Origin: a virus | Lineage: Duplodnaviria; Heunggongvirae; Uroviricota; Caudoviricetes | Strand: one strand, 5' to 3' | Length of the DNA stretch: 25,367 bases | Virus record (IMG/VR): IMGVR_UViG_3300049219_000004 | In this document: piece by piece, positions 16,285 to 23,809 of the stretch | Position numbering within the stretch: position 1 is the stretch's first letter | Layout: every line of letters starts with the position of its first letter | The notes under the pieces: model-generated | What the model was told of the DNA's origin: nothing | Databases searched by the model: none | Seen by the model: only the letters and a program-made list of their open reading frames with translations | Translations under genes and position numbers: made by a program

Positions 16285-16549
16285 CTACATATCCTCCTTT
16301 CTCTAGCCTCCTTACGAATTTCCCTTGTTTGTCGTATTCCGCATCCTCTGCAACAATCTTCCATTGCAGAGGCTTCTTTTCGTCTGGGATGACGACACGA
16401 GGAACAGACAGTTTATTTAGGGTTGCATGGTTACGAGCTGTCGTATCTGCGTAGACTTTTAAGGCTTCTTCCATACGTCCTTCCGTCAACGCTTCGTAGA
16501 GCTGGCTACCCTTCGATGCGAATGTGCCTTTATATTGGATACCCTTCAT
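16271..16549 (-). CDS. Hypothetical protein
   Basis: GGAGG RBS; ATGA overlap. Confidence 0.75.
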   Translation of the reverse strand: MKGIQYKGTFASKGSQLYEALTEGRMEEALKVYADTTARNHATLNKLSVPRVVIPDEKKPLQWKIVAEDAEYDKQGKFVRRLEKGGYVDVKI

Positions 16550-16767
16550 TTCGCCTCCCAGAATTTACCTTCATGGTTACATTTGTCCGCCCAATTAGGG
16601 TAGTGTGTTCGCCGCTCCAATGAGGCGAACAAATTCTCAGGCTTACCTGACACCGGGTCAATTCTCCTCCCCGTGCGTAGGCAAGCTTTAAGTGAGTTTC
16701 CAAGAATCATTGCCATTATTCCCGTTTGAAGATGCTTGCAATCCGCACATGCTTTTATTGTAGCCAC
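16546..16767 (-). CDS. Small Cys-rich phage protein (CADCKH...C...DPVSG...ER...C..EGKFWE)
   Basis: GGAGGTGA RBS before GTG 16767 (the track starts at 16872). Confidence 0.75.
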   Translation of the reverse strand: MATIKACADCKHLQTGIMAMILGNSLKACLRTGRRIDPVSGKPENLFASLERRTHYPNWADKCNHEGKFWEAK

Positions 16768-16985
16768 TTCACCTCCCCACACAATATATCTCCGAGCATC
16801 CATGCGAAGCCTGCTAAGGTGAGGACAATCAGCAGCATCAAAGGTATGAGAAGTAGTGAAGGGTATAGGCACAATGCTGTAAGTAGGAAAAGCATAGTGG
16901 TCGTTATGATTCCGCCAACTACGAAACGCTTCGCATCATGGCCCAAGTTCTGATAGGCCCTTTTGATTTTAGATTTCACAGCCAT
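16755..16985 (-). CDS. Membrane protein, two TM segments
   Basis: AAGGA RBS before ATG 16985 (MAVKSKIKR...). Confidence 0.75.
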   Translation of the reverse strand: MAVKSKIKRAYQNLGHDAKRFVVGGIITTTMLFLLTALCLYPSLLLIPLMLLIVLTLAGFAWMLGDILCGEVKWLQ

Positions 16986-17197
16986 TTTCCATCCTTTGCA
17001 TCTTCCCATATAACCATAATCAGCAGATACAGGATGATTGCGCACAGTGAAACAAGCACCAACTCCAAAAACCAATTCACAAGAATAGCAAGGACAGCTA
17101 ACAGCAACGACGCCGCTGCCAGTGTCGTTACAACGTGAAACACAACCCGGAAAGCCGTAATTGTGTAACGATTTTTAATTTTATCAAGAAATTTCAT
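16976..17197 (-). CDS. Membrane protein, two TM segments
   Basis: AGGAGG RBS; long hydrophobic run. Confidence 0.8.
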   Translation of the reverse strand: MKFLDKIKNRYTITAFRVVFHVVTTLAAASLLLAVLAILVNWFLELVLVSLCAIILYLLIMVIWEDAKDGKWL

Positions 17198-17550
17198 TGT
17201 AAATATCCTCCTAACATTTCAAAGTCTTTCGTATACAGCCGGATCACACCGGCACGTTTGCACATCGCTTGCAGCTTCTCAAGTTCTTCTACTGTTCCCC
17301 ATCCCCAGTTCATGATTTGGTCGTAGCGAGAACCGAATAAGAAGAAATCCCGTTCATCCCGTTTGAGAGCAGCAATAGCATCCTCTCGGGAATCGTAACG
17401 AGGAACCATACGGAACCAACGAGGCTTCACTTCCGCCATCAGCTTGTCCACGGCACGGTTCAAGCTGGCTTCCCGCTTCTTGTTGATGTAGTCAAGGTAG
17501 AGAGCACAAGCAGCAGCTACATCTTCAGTGCGACGAATAATGCTAGCCAT
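17194..17550 (-). CDS. Hypothetical protein
   Basis: AAGGGAG RBS; abuts the rtcB stop. Confidence 0.8.
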   Translation of the reverse strand: MASIIRRTEDVAAACALYLDYINKKREASLNRAVDKLMAEVKPRWFRMVPRYDSREDAIAALKRDERDFFLFGSRYDQIMNWGWGTVEELEKLQAMCKRAGVIRLYTKDFEMLGGYLQ

Positions 17551-18762
17551 TTACGCTCCCTTGCAGCACATTACTTGCTTCAAGACGTGTACAACGTCCA
17601 CCAAGGACTTCTGGTTCTCCATCACTACGTCGATGTCTTTGTAGGAAGCTGGAATTTCGTCCAGTACGGCATCATCTTTACGGCATTCGACTCCTGCTGT
17701 CTGTGCTTTAAGATCCTCAAGTGTGAAGAGTTCTCGTGCTTTCTTTCGGGACATTTTACGCCCAGCTCCATGTGAGCAGGAGCAGTAGGCTTCCTTATTC
17801 CCTTTTCCACGGACAATGTAAGAACGCTGCCCCATGCTGCCGGGGATGATTCCCAGATCGCCTTCATCAGCTCGTATTGCTCCCTTACGAGTGATCCAGA
17901 GGTCTTTTCCAAAGTGATTCTCCTTCGTTACGTAGTTGTGGTGGCAGTTAATGGCTTCTTCGGTGATGCCGAAAGTGATTGGAATTTCTTTGCGGAGAAC
18001 ATCCAGCACAGCTTGCAGCATGGCCTTACGATTTTCCTTCGCATAGTCCTGCGCCCAGCTTACAGCAGCCACGTAGTCTTCAAACAGGTCAGTACCTTGC
18101 GGCAGATAGGCCAAGTCGCCATCCGGCAGCGTAATGTGGAACTGTTCCATCAGCTCCTTACCCTTGTTGATGTAGTAGGAGCCGATCATGTTGCCGATGC
18201 CACGGGAGCCAGAGTGCAGCATCACCCAGACATCTTCATTTTCGTCAATACAGATTTCGATGAAGTGGTTGCCGGAACCTAGTGTGCCAAGTTGGCTAGC
18301 AGCTTTCATTCCTGCTTTATCCCTGTCACCAGAAAACACCGTCATAACAGACTGTGGCATCCCCTTAGAGACGTTATACGGAGTAATGCTAGGGTCTTTA
18401 TGAGCACCGCCCGTACCCATCGGCACAACAGCTTCGATGGCCGAACGAATCTTCGCCAACGAATCGGGCAACTGGTGAGCTTTCAGGCTCAGACGGGTAG
18501 CAACCATGCCGCAGCCAATGTCCACGCCCACAGCAGCCGGGATAATGGCCTTGTCCGTGGCAATGACGGTGCCAACAGTGGAGCCGATGCCTGCATGTAC
18601 GTCCGGCATGCATGCTACGCCTTGACGAGCAATGAATGGTAGACGAGCGAGGTTCTTGAGCTGGGACAGAGCTTCAGGCTCCACATCCTTCGTCCAAATT
18701 TTGATAGGTTTCGATCCCTCTTCAGCTTCGATTACCATCTTTGCGGTAGTACGTTCCTGCAT
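17551..18762 (-). CDS. rtcB: RtcB-family RNA 2',3'-cyclic-phosphate/5'-OH ligase
   Basis: MPDVHAG, VGVDIGCG, GTLGSGNHFIE, HSGSRG, HHNY, RKGA, PGSMG, SCSHGAGR, DEIPASYK. Confidence 0.97.
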   Translation of the reverse strand: MQERTTAKMVIEAEEGSKPIKIWTKDVEPEALSQLKNLARLPFIARQGVACMPDVHAGIGSTVGTVIATDKAIIPAAVGVDIGCGMVATRLSLKAHQLPDSLAKIRSAIEAVVPMGTGGAHKDPSITPYNVSKGMPQSVMTVFSGDRDKAGMKAASQLGTLGSGNHFIEICIDENEDVWVMLHSGSRGIGNMIGSYYINKGKELMEQFHITLPDGDLAYLPQGTDLFEDYVAAVSWAQDYAKENRKAMLQAVLDVLRKEIPITFGITEEAINCHHNYVTKENHFGKDLWITRKGAIRADEGDLGIIPGSMGQRSYIVRGKGNKEAYCSCSHGAGRKMSRKKARELFTLEDLKAQTAGVECRKDDAVLDEIPASYKDIDVVMENQKSLVDVVHVLKQVMCCKGA

Positions 18763-18791
18763 AATTTCTCCTCAGTTAGTTGATAGCCATG

Positions 18792-18821
18792 ATAGTAATG
18801 CTACTTACGTGGTTCTGTCAA
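18792..18821 (-). promoter_or_regulatory. Promoter TTGACA-18-TACTAT upstream of rtcB
   Basis: Read on the minus strand; TAAGTAG in the spacer. Confidence 0.6.
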
Positions 18822-19392
18822 GGAATTCTTGCACAATCTTGTCTAGTTTCGCCCAGAGCACTGGACAACCACCCTCCAGAGCAACATCCAGAAGACGCCG
18901 CGTTTCTCTCGCAAATACCGGGGCAAACTCCGGGTCTTCCGTCAGAAGGGTCATGTTATGCAAGCGGTCGGCTAGCTTAATGGTCTTGACGTGTGCTGGA
19001 GCTAATTTCAATCGGTAACATTCAAGGACTTTCTTTTCAGCACGATTGAGTGGTTTCCCGGACGGGTCTGTTTGTCCACTGTAGTCACGTTTCGTGAGCC
19101 ATTTAACGTCTTCAGCAACAGCTTCACCAAAGTGTTCTTTGATTTCGTCAAGTGTGACATGCGTATCTTCTACGACATCATGCAACAGGGCGACAACTTG
19201 TGTATGAACGTCACTGTGTCCGTGATCGTGCAGGAGGTCAGCTACGTCCATCGGGTGAGTCCAGTAGGGAATGCCAGAGAATTTCCGTTTCTGGCCGCTA
19301 TGGGCAGCTTGACAGAAGCCTGTAGCATGCGAAATATCCGATACGTCTTTCATGTTTTGTTCAATTCGCTGTGAACGTTCAGCAGGATTCAT
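18805..19392 (-). CDS. HD-domain protein, RelA/SpoT hydrolase (Mesh1/SAH)-like
   Basis: AH.GQ.RK.SG.PY..HP..VA, ALLHDVVEDT, V..LTK, KLADRLHNM; no synthetase domain. Confidence 0.9.
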   Translation of the reverse strand: MNPAERSQRIEQNMKDVSDISHATGFCQAAHSGQKRKFSGIPYWTHPMDVADLLHDHGHSDVHTQVVALLHDVVEDTHVTLDEIKEHFGEAVAEDVKWLTKRDYSGQTDPSGKPLNRAEKKVLECYRLKLAPAHVKTIKLADRLHNMTLLTEDPEFAPVFARETRRLLDVALEGGCPVLWAKLDKIVQEFLDRTT

Positions 19393-19448
19393 ATTTCCTC
19401 CTAATTAAGTAGTGTTACGTATAGTTATAAAGCCCTTACGGGCCAAAT

Positions 19449-20111
19449 TCAAGCAGCGAGACGGTCTACAAGGTTTTTCACAGTAGTCGTATGCCATTCG
19501 CCGCCACGAGCAGTTTTAGTGCCACTGGCGTTCAATTCTTCAGCCATTGCACGAAGTGTCATGCCAGCTCCACGCATGCGCATGATAGTCGGACGGAGAC
19601 GGATAGCAAATGCATCGGCTTTCTCAGAAACGGCCTTGCCGGCGTTGACACAAGCCTTGGCACGGATGTCAGCCGAAGCTCCTAGAACCTCTCCACGGGC
19701 ACGTTTAGCCGCCAGAGCGGCCTTTGTGCGGTCAGAAATCATCTTCCGCTCCTGTTCCGCCAAACCCGCGTAAATGTGGAGCATGAATGGGTCAACGTCT
19801 TCCCCGAGCACCGTCACAATGAACTTCGGATTCTGGCGGGTATAGCTGAGGATGAACAGAGCATCACGGGAGAGACGATCCAGCTTGTTTACGACGACGT
19901 ATGCGCCCATCTTGGCAGCACGTTTGGTCACAGCAGCCAACACAGGCCGGGAGTCGTCAGCACCGCTCATAACCTCTTCTGCGATGTCAATCAACTCGTA
20001 GCCGTTGTAGTGACAGAACAGGCGGATGGCTTCGGCCTGAGCTTCCAGACCGTTCCTGTTCTCGCCTTGCTCTTTTGTACTGACTCGCGTGTAGCCGATG
20101 ATTTTTTTCAC
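19449..20111 (-). CDS. Serine recombinase (resolvase/invertase family) with C-terminal DNA-binding domain
   Basis: YTRVSTKEQ catalytic Ser motif, RP.L, KLDRLSRD, AEQER..ISDRTKAAL; AGGAGG RBS, GTG start. Confidence 0.93.
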   Translation of the reverse strand: MKKIIGYTRVSTKEQGENRNGLEAQAEAIRLFCHYNGYELIDIAEEVMSGADDSRPVLAAVTKRAAKMGAYVVVNKLDRLSRDALFILSYTRQNPKFIVTVLGEDVDPFMLHIYAGLAEQERKMISDRTKAALAAKRARGEVLGASADIRAKACVNAGKAVSEKADAFAIRLRPTIMRMRGAGMTLRAMAEELNASGTKTARGGEWHTTTVKNLVDRLAA

Positions 20112-20181
20112 AACATCCTCCTGCCGTTGAATTCGATAGAAGGAGTTTAGTGTATAAAACCCAGACGGGTCAAGAACTATT

Positions 20182-20586
20182 TTACATCATGAGGGAAGCG
20201 CACCCGGCAACACCTCCTGTTGCCTGCTCAGCCAGCAGATCATCCAACATCGCTTCTTGTTCAAAGCTGGTCATAACTTGACCTTTCGCAGGAGCACCAA
20301 ACACCAGAACATACTTCCGCAAAATACGCTCGTTACGGAAGATGGAAGCAATTTCTACTTTGATACGTTTTTGCAACGCTACAGCCTTAGCAAGCTTGAC
20401 CTTGCTCTTCTTCAAGTCTTGGCAGGCAGATACGAAGAAAGCAGTTTCTCCTTGAGCCTTCCACCGTGCAGTTTCCTGCTTCAGCATGCCTACGTCAACT
20501 TGTTGCTTGGTGATTACTTTTGCATTTAGTGCTAGAGAATTGCGAAGGATAGAAAGAGTTGCCATGTTATCAAGTTTCCTTTTCAT
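20182..20586 (-). CDS. Hypothetical basic coiled-coil protein
   Basis: ORF in the operon; start may be ATG 20565. Confidence 0.75.
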   Translation of the reverse strand: MKRKLDNMATLSILRNSLALNAKVITKQQVDVGMLKQETARWKAQGETAFFVSACQDLKKSKVKLAKAVALQKRIKVEIASIFRNERILRKYVLVFGAPAKGQVMTSFEQEAMLDDLLAEQATGGVAGCASLMM

Positions 20587-20719
20587 TAAGTTGTGACAAT
20601 GTGTGAGAATTCATGAAGGTTTCATCAATCATGCATCTAACGCAACACACTATACGTGTTTCCGTCAGAAAACGGAAGAAACATTTTTGAAACTGTTGTT
20701 TCTGCACTGAAGTTGCTAT

Positions 20720-21001
20720 TTAACCACCTTTATTCTTTGCCGCTTTGGCAGCTCGTGCATTTGCGAGAATGGTTGCACGATCAAGTTTTGGCGACTCTTT
20801 CATAGTGCCAACACGGCTACGGAGACGCTGTACGGTCTCTTCGTTGCGGAAGAGTGAGATAGTGAATGTCCCGCCGTACAGCCCTACGACTTCGCCCGGA
20901 CTAGTCTTACTGATGGCCCAGCCATCGAACAACTTACTTTCCAGCTCCTTTGCGAAAATAGCAAGATTGTGCTCTACGATGTCAAAATATTCAGTTTTCA
21001 A
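20720..21001 (-). CDS. Hypothetical protein
   Basis: GGAGG RBS; TTG start overlapping the upstream stop. Confidence 0.75.
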   Translation of the reverse strand: MKTEYFDIVEHNLAIFAKELESKLFDGWAISKTSPGEVVGLYGGTFTISLFRNEETVQRLRSRVGTMKESPKLDRATILANARAAKAAKNKGG

Positions 21002-21216
21002 TTTTTACCTCCGTTGATGACTGCCAGAACTGCTTTGTTTTCAAGTCCATCACCTTCTGCGACAAGACCTTCCTTGACGAAAGTGATAGCTTCCTTGTGC
21101 TTCTTGAAGTTTTCTGCTTTGACGCAGCCCAGAGAGCCATCATCGTTGCGGAAGTAGACATTGAAGTCTTTGTTCCCGGCTTCCGCCGCTGGAACATCTA
21201 CGGATACTTGCTTCAT
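20998..21216 (-). CDS. Hypothetical protein (MKQVSVDV...)
   Basis: AGGAGG RBS before ATG 21216; first gene after promoter 21276. Confidence 0.8.
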   Translation of the reverse strand: MKQVSVDVPAAEAGNKDFNVYFRNDDGSLGCVKAENFKKHKEAITFVKEGLVAEGDGLENKAVLAVINGGKN

Positions 21217-21247
21217 TATTCCTCCTATGAGATTTGCGATAGGAACC

Positions 21248-21276
21248 ATCATACCTTGACTTTCCTTACCTGTCAA
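21248..21276 (-). promoter_or_regulatory. Promoter TTGACA-17-TATGAT
   Basis: Read directly on the minus strand. Confidence 0.8.
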
Positions 21277-21553
21277 CACTACTTACGTAACTATTATCGC
21301 CAATGGCGAAGGTACTGTTACTTGACAAAACAAGGAATCTAAAGTATACTACGACCGAACGAGCGGAGCGAGTGAGGGAGTATAAGTAATATATTATAAA
21401 GTACATCTATAACTTCCCCGTCAAGGGGAAGAATAAATAAGTACTTAAGTATACTATAGAGTATTACTTAGTAGTATAATATACATATATGTAATATACA
21501 TGTATGTTCATAACTACCGTTGCGTATAGTTGACAAAGTTACGTAAGTAGTGT
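21276..21553. repeat. 17-bp perfect inverted repeat (21276-21292 / 21537-21553) around an AT-rich segment
   Basis: ACACTACTTACGTAACT ... AGTTACGTAAGTAGTGT. Confidence 0.85.
21322..21350 (+). promoter_or_regulatory. Promoter TTGACA-17-TATACT
   Basis: Read directly. Confidence 0.75.
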
Positions 21554-21558
21554 AAGAT
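21530..21558 (+). promoter_or_regulatory. Promoter TTGACA-17-TAAGAT
   Basis: Read directly; TAAGTAG in the spacer. Confidence 0.8.
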
Positions 21559-21581
21559 ACTGGTTATTTAGCGGAGTACCT

Positions 21582-21911
21582 ATGTCAGTAGTAGCATTGA
21601 AACCCGGTCAGATTTTCGTCAAGCGCAAGCATGAGCTGAGTGACCTTTTGAAACAACTCGATAGCGTTACACCAGAAGCAGTAGATTTGCTGGTCGATAC
21701 GATGCGTAACGATAAGGTAGAGTTGAAGGAGAGACTGAAGTGTGCGGATAAAATCGTAGACTACAAAATTGCCGTCAGTGAAGCCATCAACAAAGACGAA
21801 CTGACTCGTCAGATTGCAGAAGTCAAGGCTACGGGCCTTAAACAGCCACTTGTGCCAGATGGTAAACCTTCTGCCCCACGACTGGACATGAACAACATTC
21901 AGAAGGTTTAA
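21582..21911 (+). CDS. Hypothetical helical protein; terminase small subunit is possible but unproven
   Basis: GGAG RBS; size, helical pattern and position ahead of the tRNA/structural block. The ORF is solid; the function is a guess. Confidence 0.7.
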   Translation: MSVVALKPGQIFVKRKHELSDLLKQLDSVTPEAVDLLVDTMRNDKVELKERLKCADKIVDYKIAVSEAINKDELTRQIAEVKATGLKQPLVPDGKPSAPRLDMNNIQKV

Positions 21912-21915
21912 CAAG

Positions 21916-22134
21916 ATGGCCAATAGATGGAAAGACCTCTCCTTAGAGGAGGCAGTAGAACGCGCTAAGGGAGTGTCCAGACAAGCCCTGTACATCGCAA
22001 TCAGGACGTACACCGCAAACGGTCGTACAGACATCGCAGAGCAGCTACGACAGGTACGTGTGGTTCTCAAGGCTGACAAATTAGCCGCCAAGCGTAATGC
22101 GAAACTAAGTAGTATCGAAAAACTTGACAAGTAA
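21916..22134 (+). CDS. Hypothetical basic protein
   Basis: Follows the previous stop; co-oriented. Confidence 0.7.
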   Translation: MANRWKDLSLEEAVERAKGVSRQALYIAIRTYTANGRTDIAEQLRQVRVVLKADKLAAKRNAKLSSIEKLDK

Positions 22135-22152
22135 TGCTACTTAGCGTATAAT
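22124..22152 (+). promoter_or_regulatory. Consensus promoter TTGACA-17-TATAAT driving the RNA cluster
   Basis: Perfect consensus. Confidence 0.9.
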
Positions 22153-22203
22153 ACGCAGTATTGAAAGTTAAAGCTTCTAGAGCATACCGCTAGAAGCAGA
22201 ATT

Positions 22204-22348
22204 AGAGTAGTCGCCAGTTATCAAATTCCGAAAGGAGGTTGATCGTATCTCGATAGACTCTTACGCGTTGCAGAGAGTCTTGGCGCATATCCTGTCCCCG
22301 AAACGAGACGCTACGGGTTGCTCCAGTGTTCTCGTAGGCGACTACTCT
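22204..22348 (+). ncRNA. Unidentified structured RNA closed by a 12-bp stem
   Basis: AGAGTAGTCGCC / GGCGACTACTCT with three internal helices. Confidence 0.65.
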
Positions 22349-22430
22349 TCCGTTGTTCTCCTTGGTGTTGGTTGCACCAACTGTTATCGCGTAAGCAGAT
22401 AACCCCGTAAAAGTAAGCGGGACGAATAAT

Positions 22431-22516
22431 GCCCTCTTCGCATAGAAGCCGATTGCACAGCCTTTGTAACGCTGCGAGGAAACTCCACGTAGGTGCGAAT
22501 CCTACAGGGGGCACCA
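22431..22516 (+). tRNA. Atypical tRNA, anticodon UGU (Thr-like), long variable arm
   Basis: Acceptor GCCCTCT/AGGGGGC-A-CCA; loop TT-TGT-AA; GAG-GAAA-CTC arm; T-loop TGCGAAT. Confidence 0.7.
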
Positions 22517-22638
22517 GAATCTCTGAAAAGGGACGACTTTCATCAGTGGTTAAGAAACTGATGGTGTAGCATCAACAGTATGCCGTCACTCCGACGATAA
22601 CAAGCGACCAACAAACGTATGTCGTTAAACTCTTTTAT

Positions 22639-22715
22639 CTGGGCGTAGGATAATCAGGTTAGTCACAGGGATTTGGAATCCTTGAGTGCACGTTCGAATC
22701 GTGCCGCCCAGACCA
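22639..22715 (+). tRNA. tRNA-Pro(UGG)
   Basis: CTGGGCG/CGCCCAG-A-CCA; AGGGA-TT-TGG-AA-TCCTT. Confidence 0.9.
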
Positions 22716-22814
22716 CATATTGCTAGCAGTTGAACGATAGGCGAGAGTTAGAACGGTTGCAAACGTGCCCCAGAATACTAGCTTGCAGCTTCTAGCAATA
22801 TGTGCGAATAATGC

Positions 22815-22843
22815 TTGACAAACAGTGAAGCATGTAGTAAGAT
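22815..22843 (+). promoter_or_regulatory. Internal promoter TTGACA-17-TAAGAT
   Basis: Read directly. Confidence 0.8.
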
Positions 22844-22952
22844 AGCACTATGTTGAGAAATCAACGGTACAAAGAACATTCGCGGAAGCGGCGTGAGTTA
22901 ATCTACTCTCACTGAGGCAGGAGCAGCCAAGAAACAGAAGCTCAGGAACAAT

Positions 22953-23027
22953 TCCCGGTTAATAACGGCTACTATAGGGCCGTCGATATGTTAGCTTACG
23001 TAGGTGCAATTCCTACACTGGGAGCCA
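22953..23027 (+). ncRNA. D-armless tRNA-like RNA ending in CCA
   Basis: TCCCGGT/ACTGGGA-G-CCA; T-arm GTAGG-TGCAATT-CCTAC; single internal hairpin. Confidence 0.7.
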
Positions 23028-23033
23028 AACAAT

Positions 23034-23110
23034 TGCGAGATAGTTCAGTGGTTAGAACGGGGGCCTCATAAGCCTCATGTCGTGAGTTCGATTCTCACTC
23101 TTCGCAACCA
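23034..23110 (+). tRNA. tRNA-Met or Ile2 (CAU)
   Basis: Loop CT-CAT-AA; TTCGATT; ACCA; one bulge in the acceptor stem. Confidence 0.88.
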
Positions 23111-23268
23111 GAATTGACGTCAGTGGCACGAGCTATTTCGGTAGCATGCCTAGTTCGCTAACACGATGCTGATAGTGTTAGCCCCATAACTGCACAGGGC
23201 ATTGGGCGTTTGATAAGTACGCAAGAAGCAGGAGAATTATCCGATTAACCTCCGTAAGAGGGTACAAA

Positions 23269-23344
23269 TTCGCATAATGCACAATGGAGTGCAGCCGGAC
23301 TGTTAATCCGTGTGAGCTACGTTCGATCCGTAGATGCGGAGCCA
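23269..23344 (+). tRNA. tRNA-Asn(GUU)
   Basis: CT-GTT-AA; G73; CCA. Confidence 0.92.
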
Positions 23345-23352
23345 GAATAAAT

Positions 23353-23427
23353 GGCGTTGTGACAGACTGGTAATGGAGCGGATTGTCTATCCGTTATATG
23401 AGGGTTCGATTCCCTTCAACGTCGCCA
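23353..23427 (+). tRNA. tRNA-Asp(GUC)
   Basis: TT-GTC-TA; G73; CCA. Confidence 0.92.
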
Positions 23428-23508
23428 GAATACGGAGGCTTCCAGATCATCTCTGGATGTTCGCACGTAATGGTGCGAGAGGAGGGTTACGGCTTCCGGT
23501 TGTATAAT

Positions 23509-23584
23509 GCGTGTGTAGTGTAGCTAGGTAACACGGTAGGCTTCCACCCTTCAATCGCAGGTTCAATTCCTGTCGCCCGCACCA
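23509..23584 (+). tRNA. tRNA-Gly(UCC)
   Basis: CT-TCC-AC; TTCAATT; ACCA. Confidence 0.88.
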
Positions 23585-23731
23585 AATTTCTAGAAATAGG
23601 CCCAAGGGCCACACCCTAGAATCTGGGTCTAGCAGCATCTAGACTTAGCCGCAACGCGGCGATTACAAAACGGGAAGTTCCTGACAAGGATAGGCGACGA
23701 CTGGCCTACACAGAACTGTCGTATTAATAAT

Positions 23732-23808
23732 GGGCTGCTGGCGCAATTGGCAGACGCGTATGCCTTAGGCGCATAATGTTCTCGGTTCGAATCCGAGGTG
23801 GCCCACCA
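23732..23808 (+). tRNA. tRNA-Leu(UAG) with short variable region
   Basis: TATGC-CT-TAG-GC-GCATA; variable region ATGTT; ACCA. Confidence 0.9.
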
Positions 23809-23809
23809 A

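Noticed and set aside
19449-20111. IS607-type transposase or prophage integrase
   Set aside because: The catalytic domain is N-terminal with no MerR-like HTH in front, there is no tnpB, and the protein is too short for a large serine integrase.
17575-20529. Plus-strand and alternative-frame ORFs over rtcB, the HD gene and the recombinase
   Set aside because: They overlap well-supported genes and have no independent evidence.
22204-23027. tmRNA or RNase P RNA
   Set aside because: No GGGGC..G3:U70 Ala acceptor with tag ORF, and no GAAAGUC/P4 signature seen.
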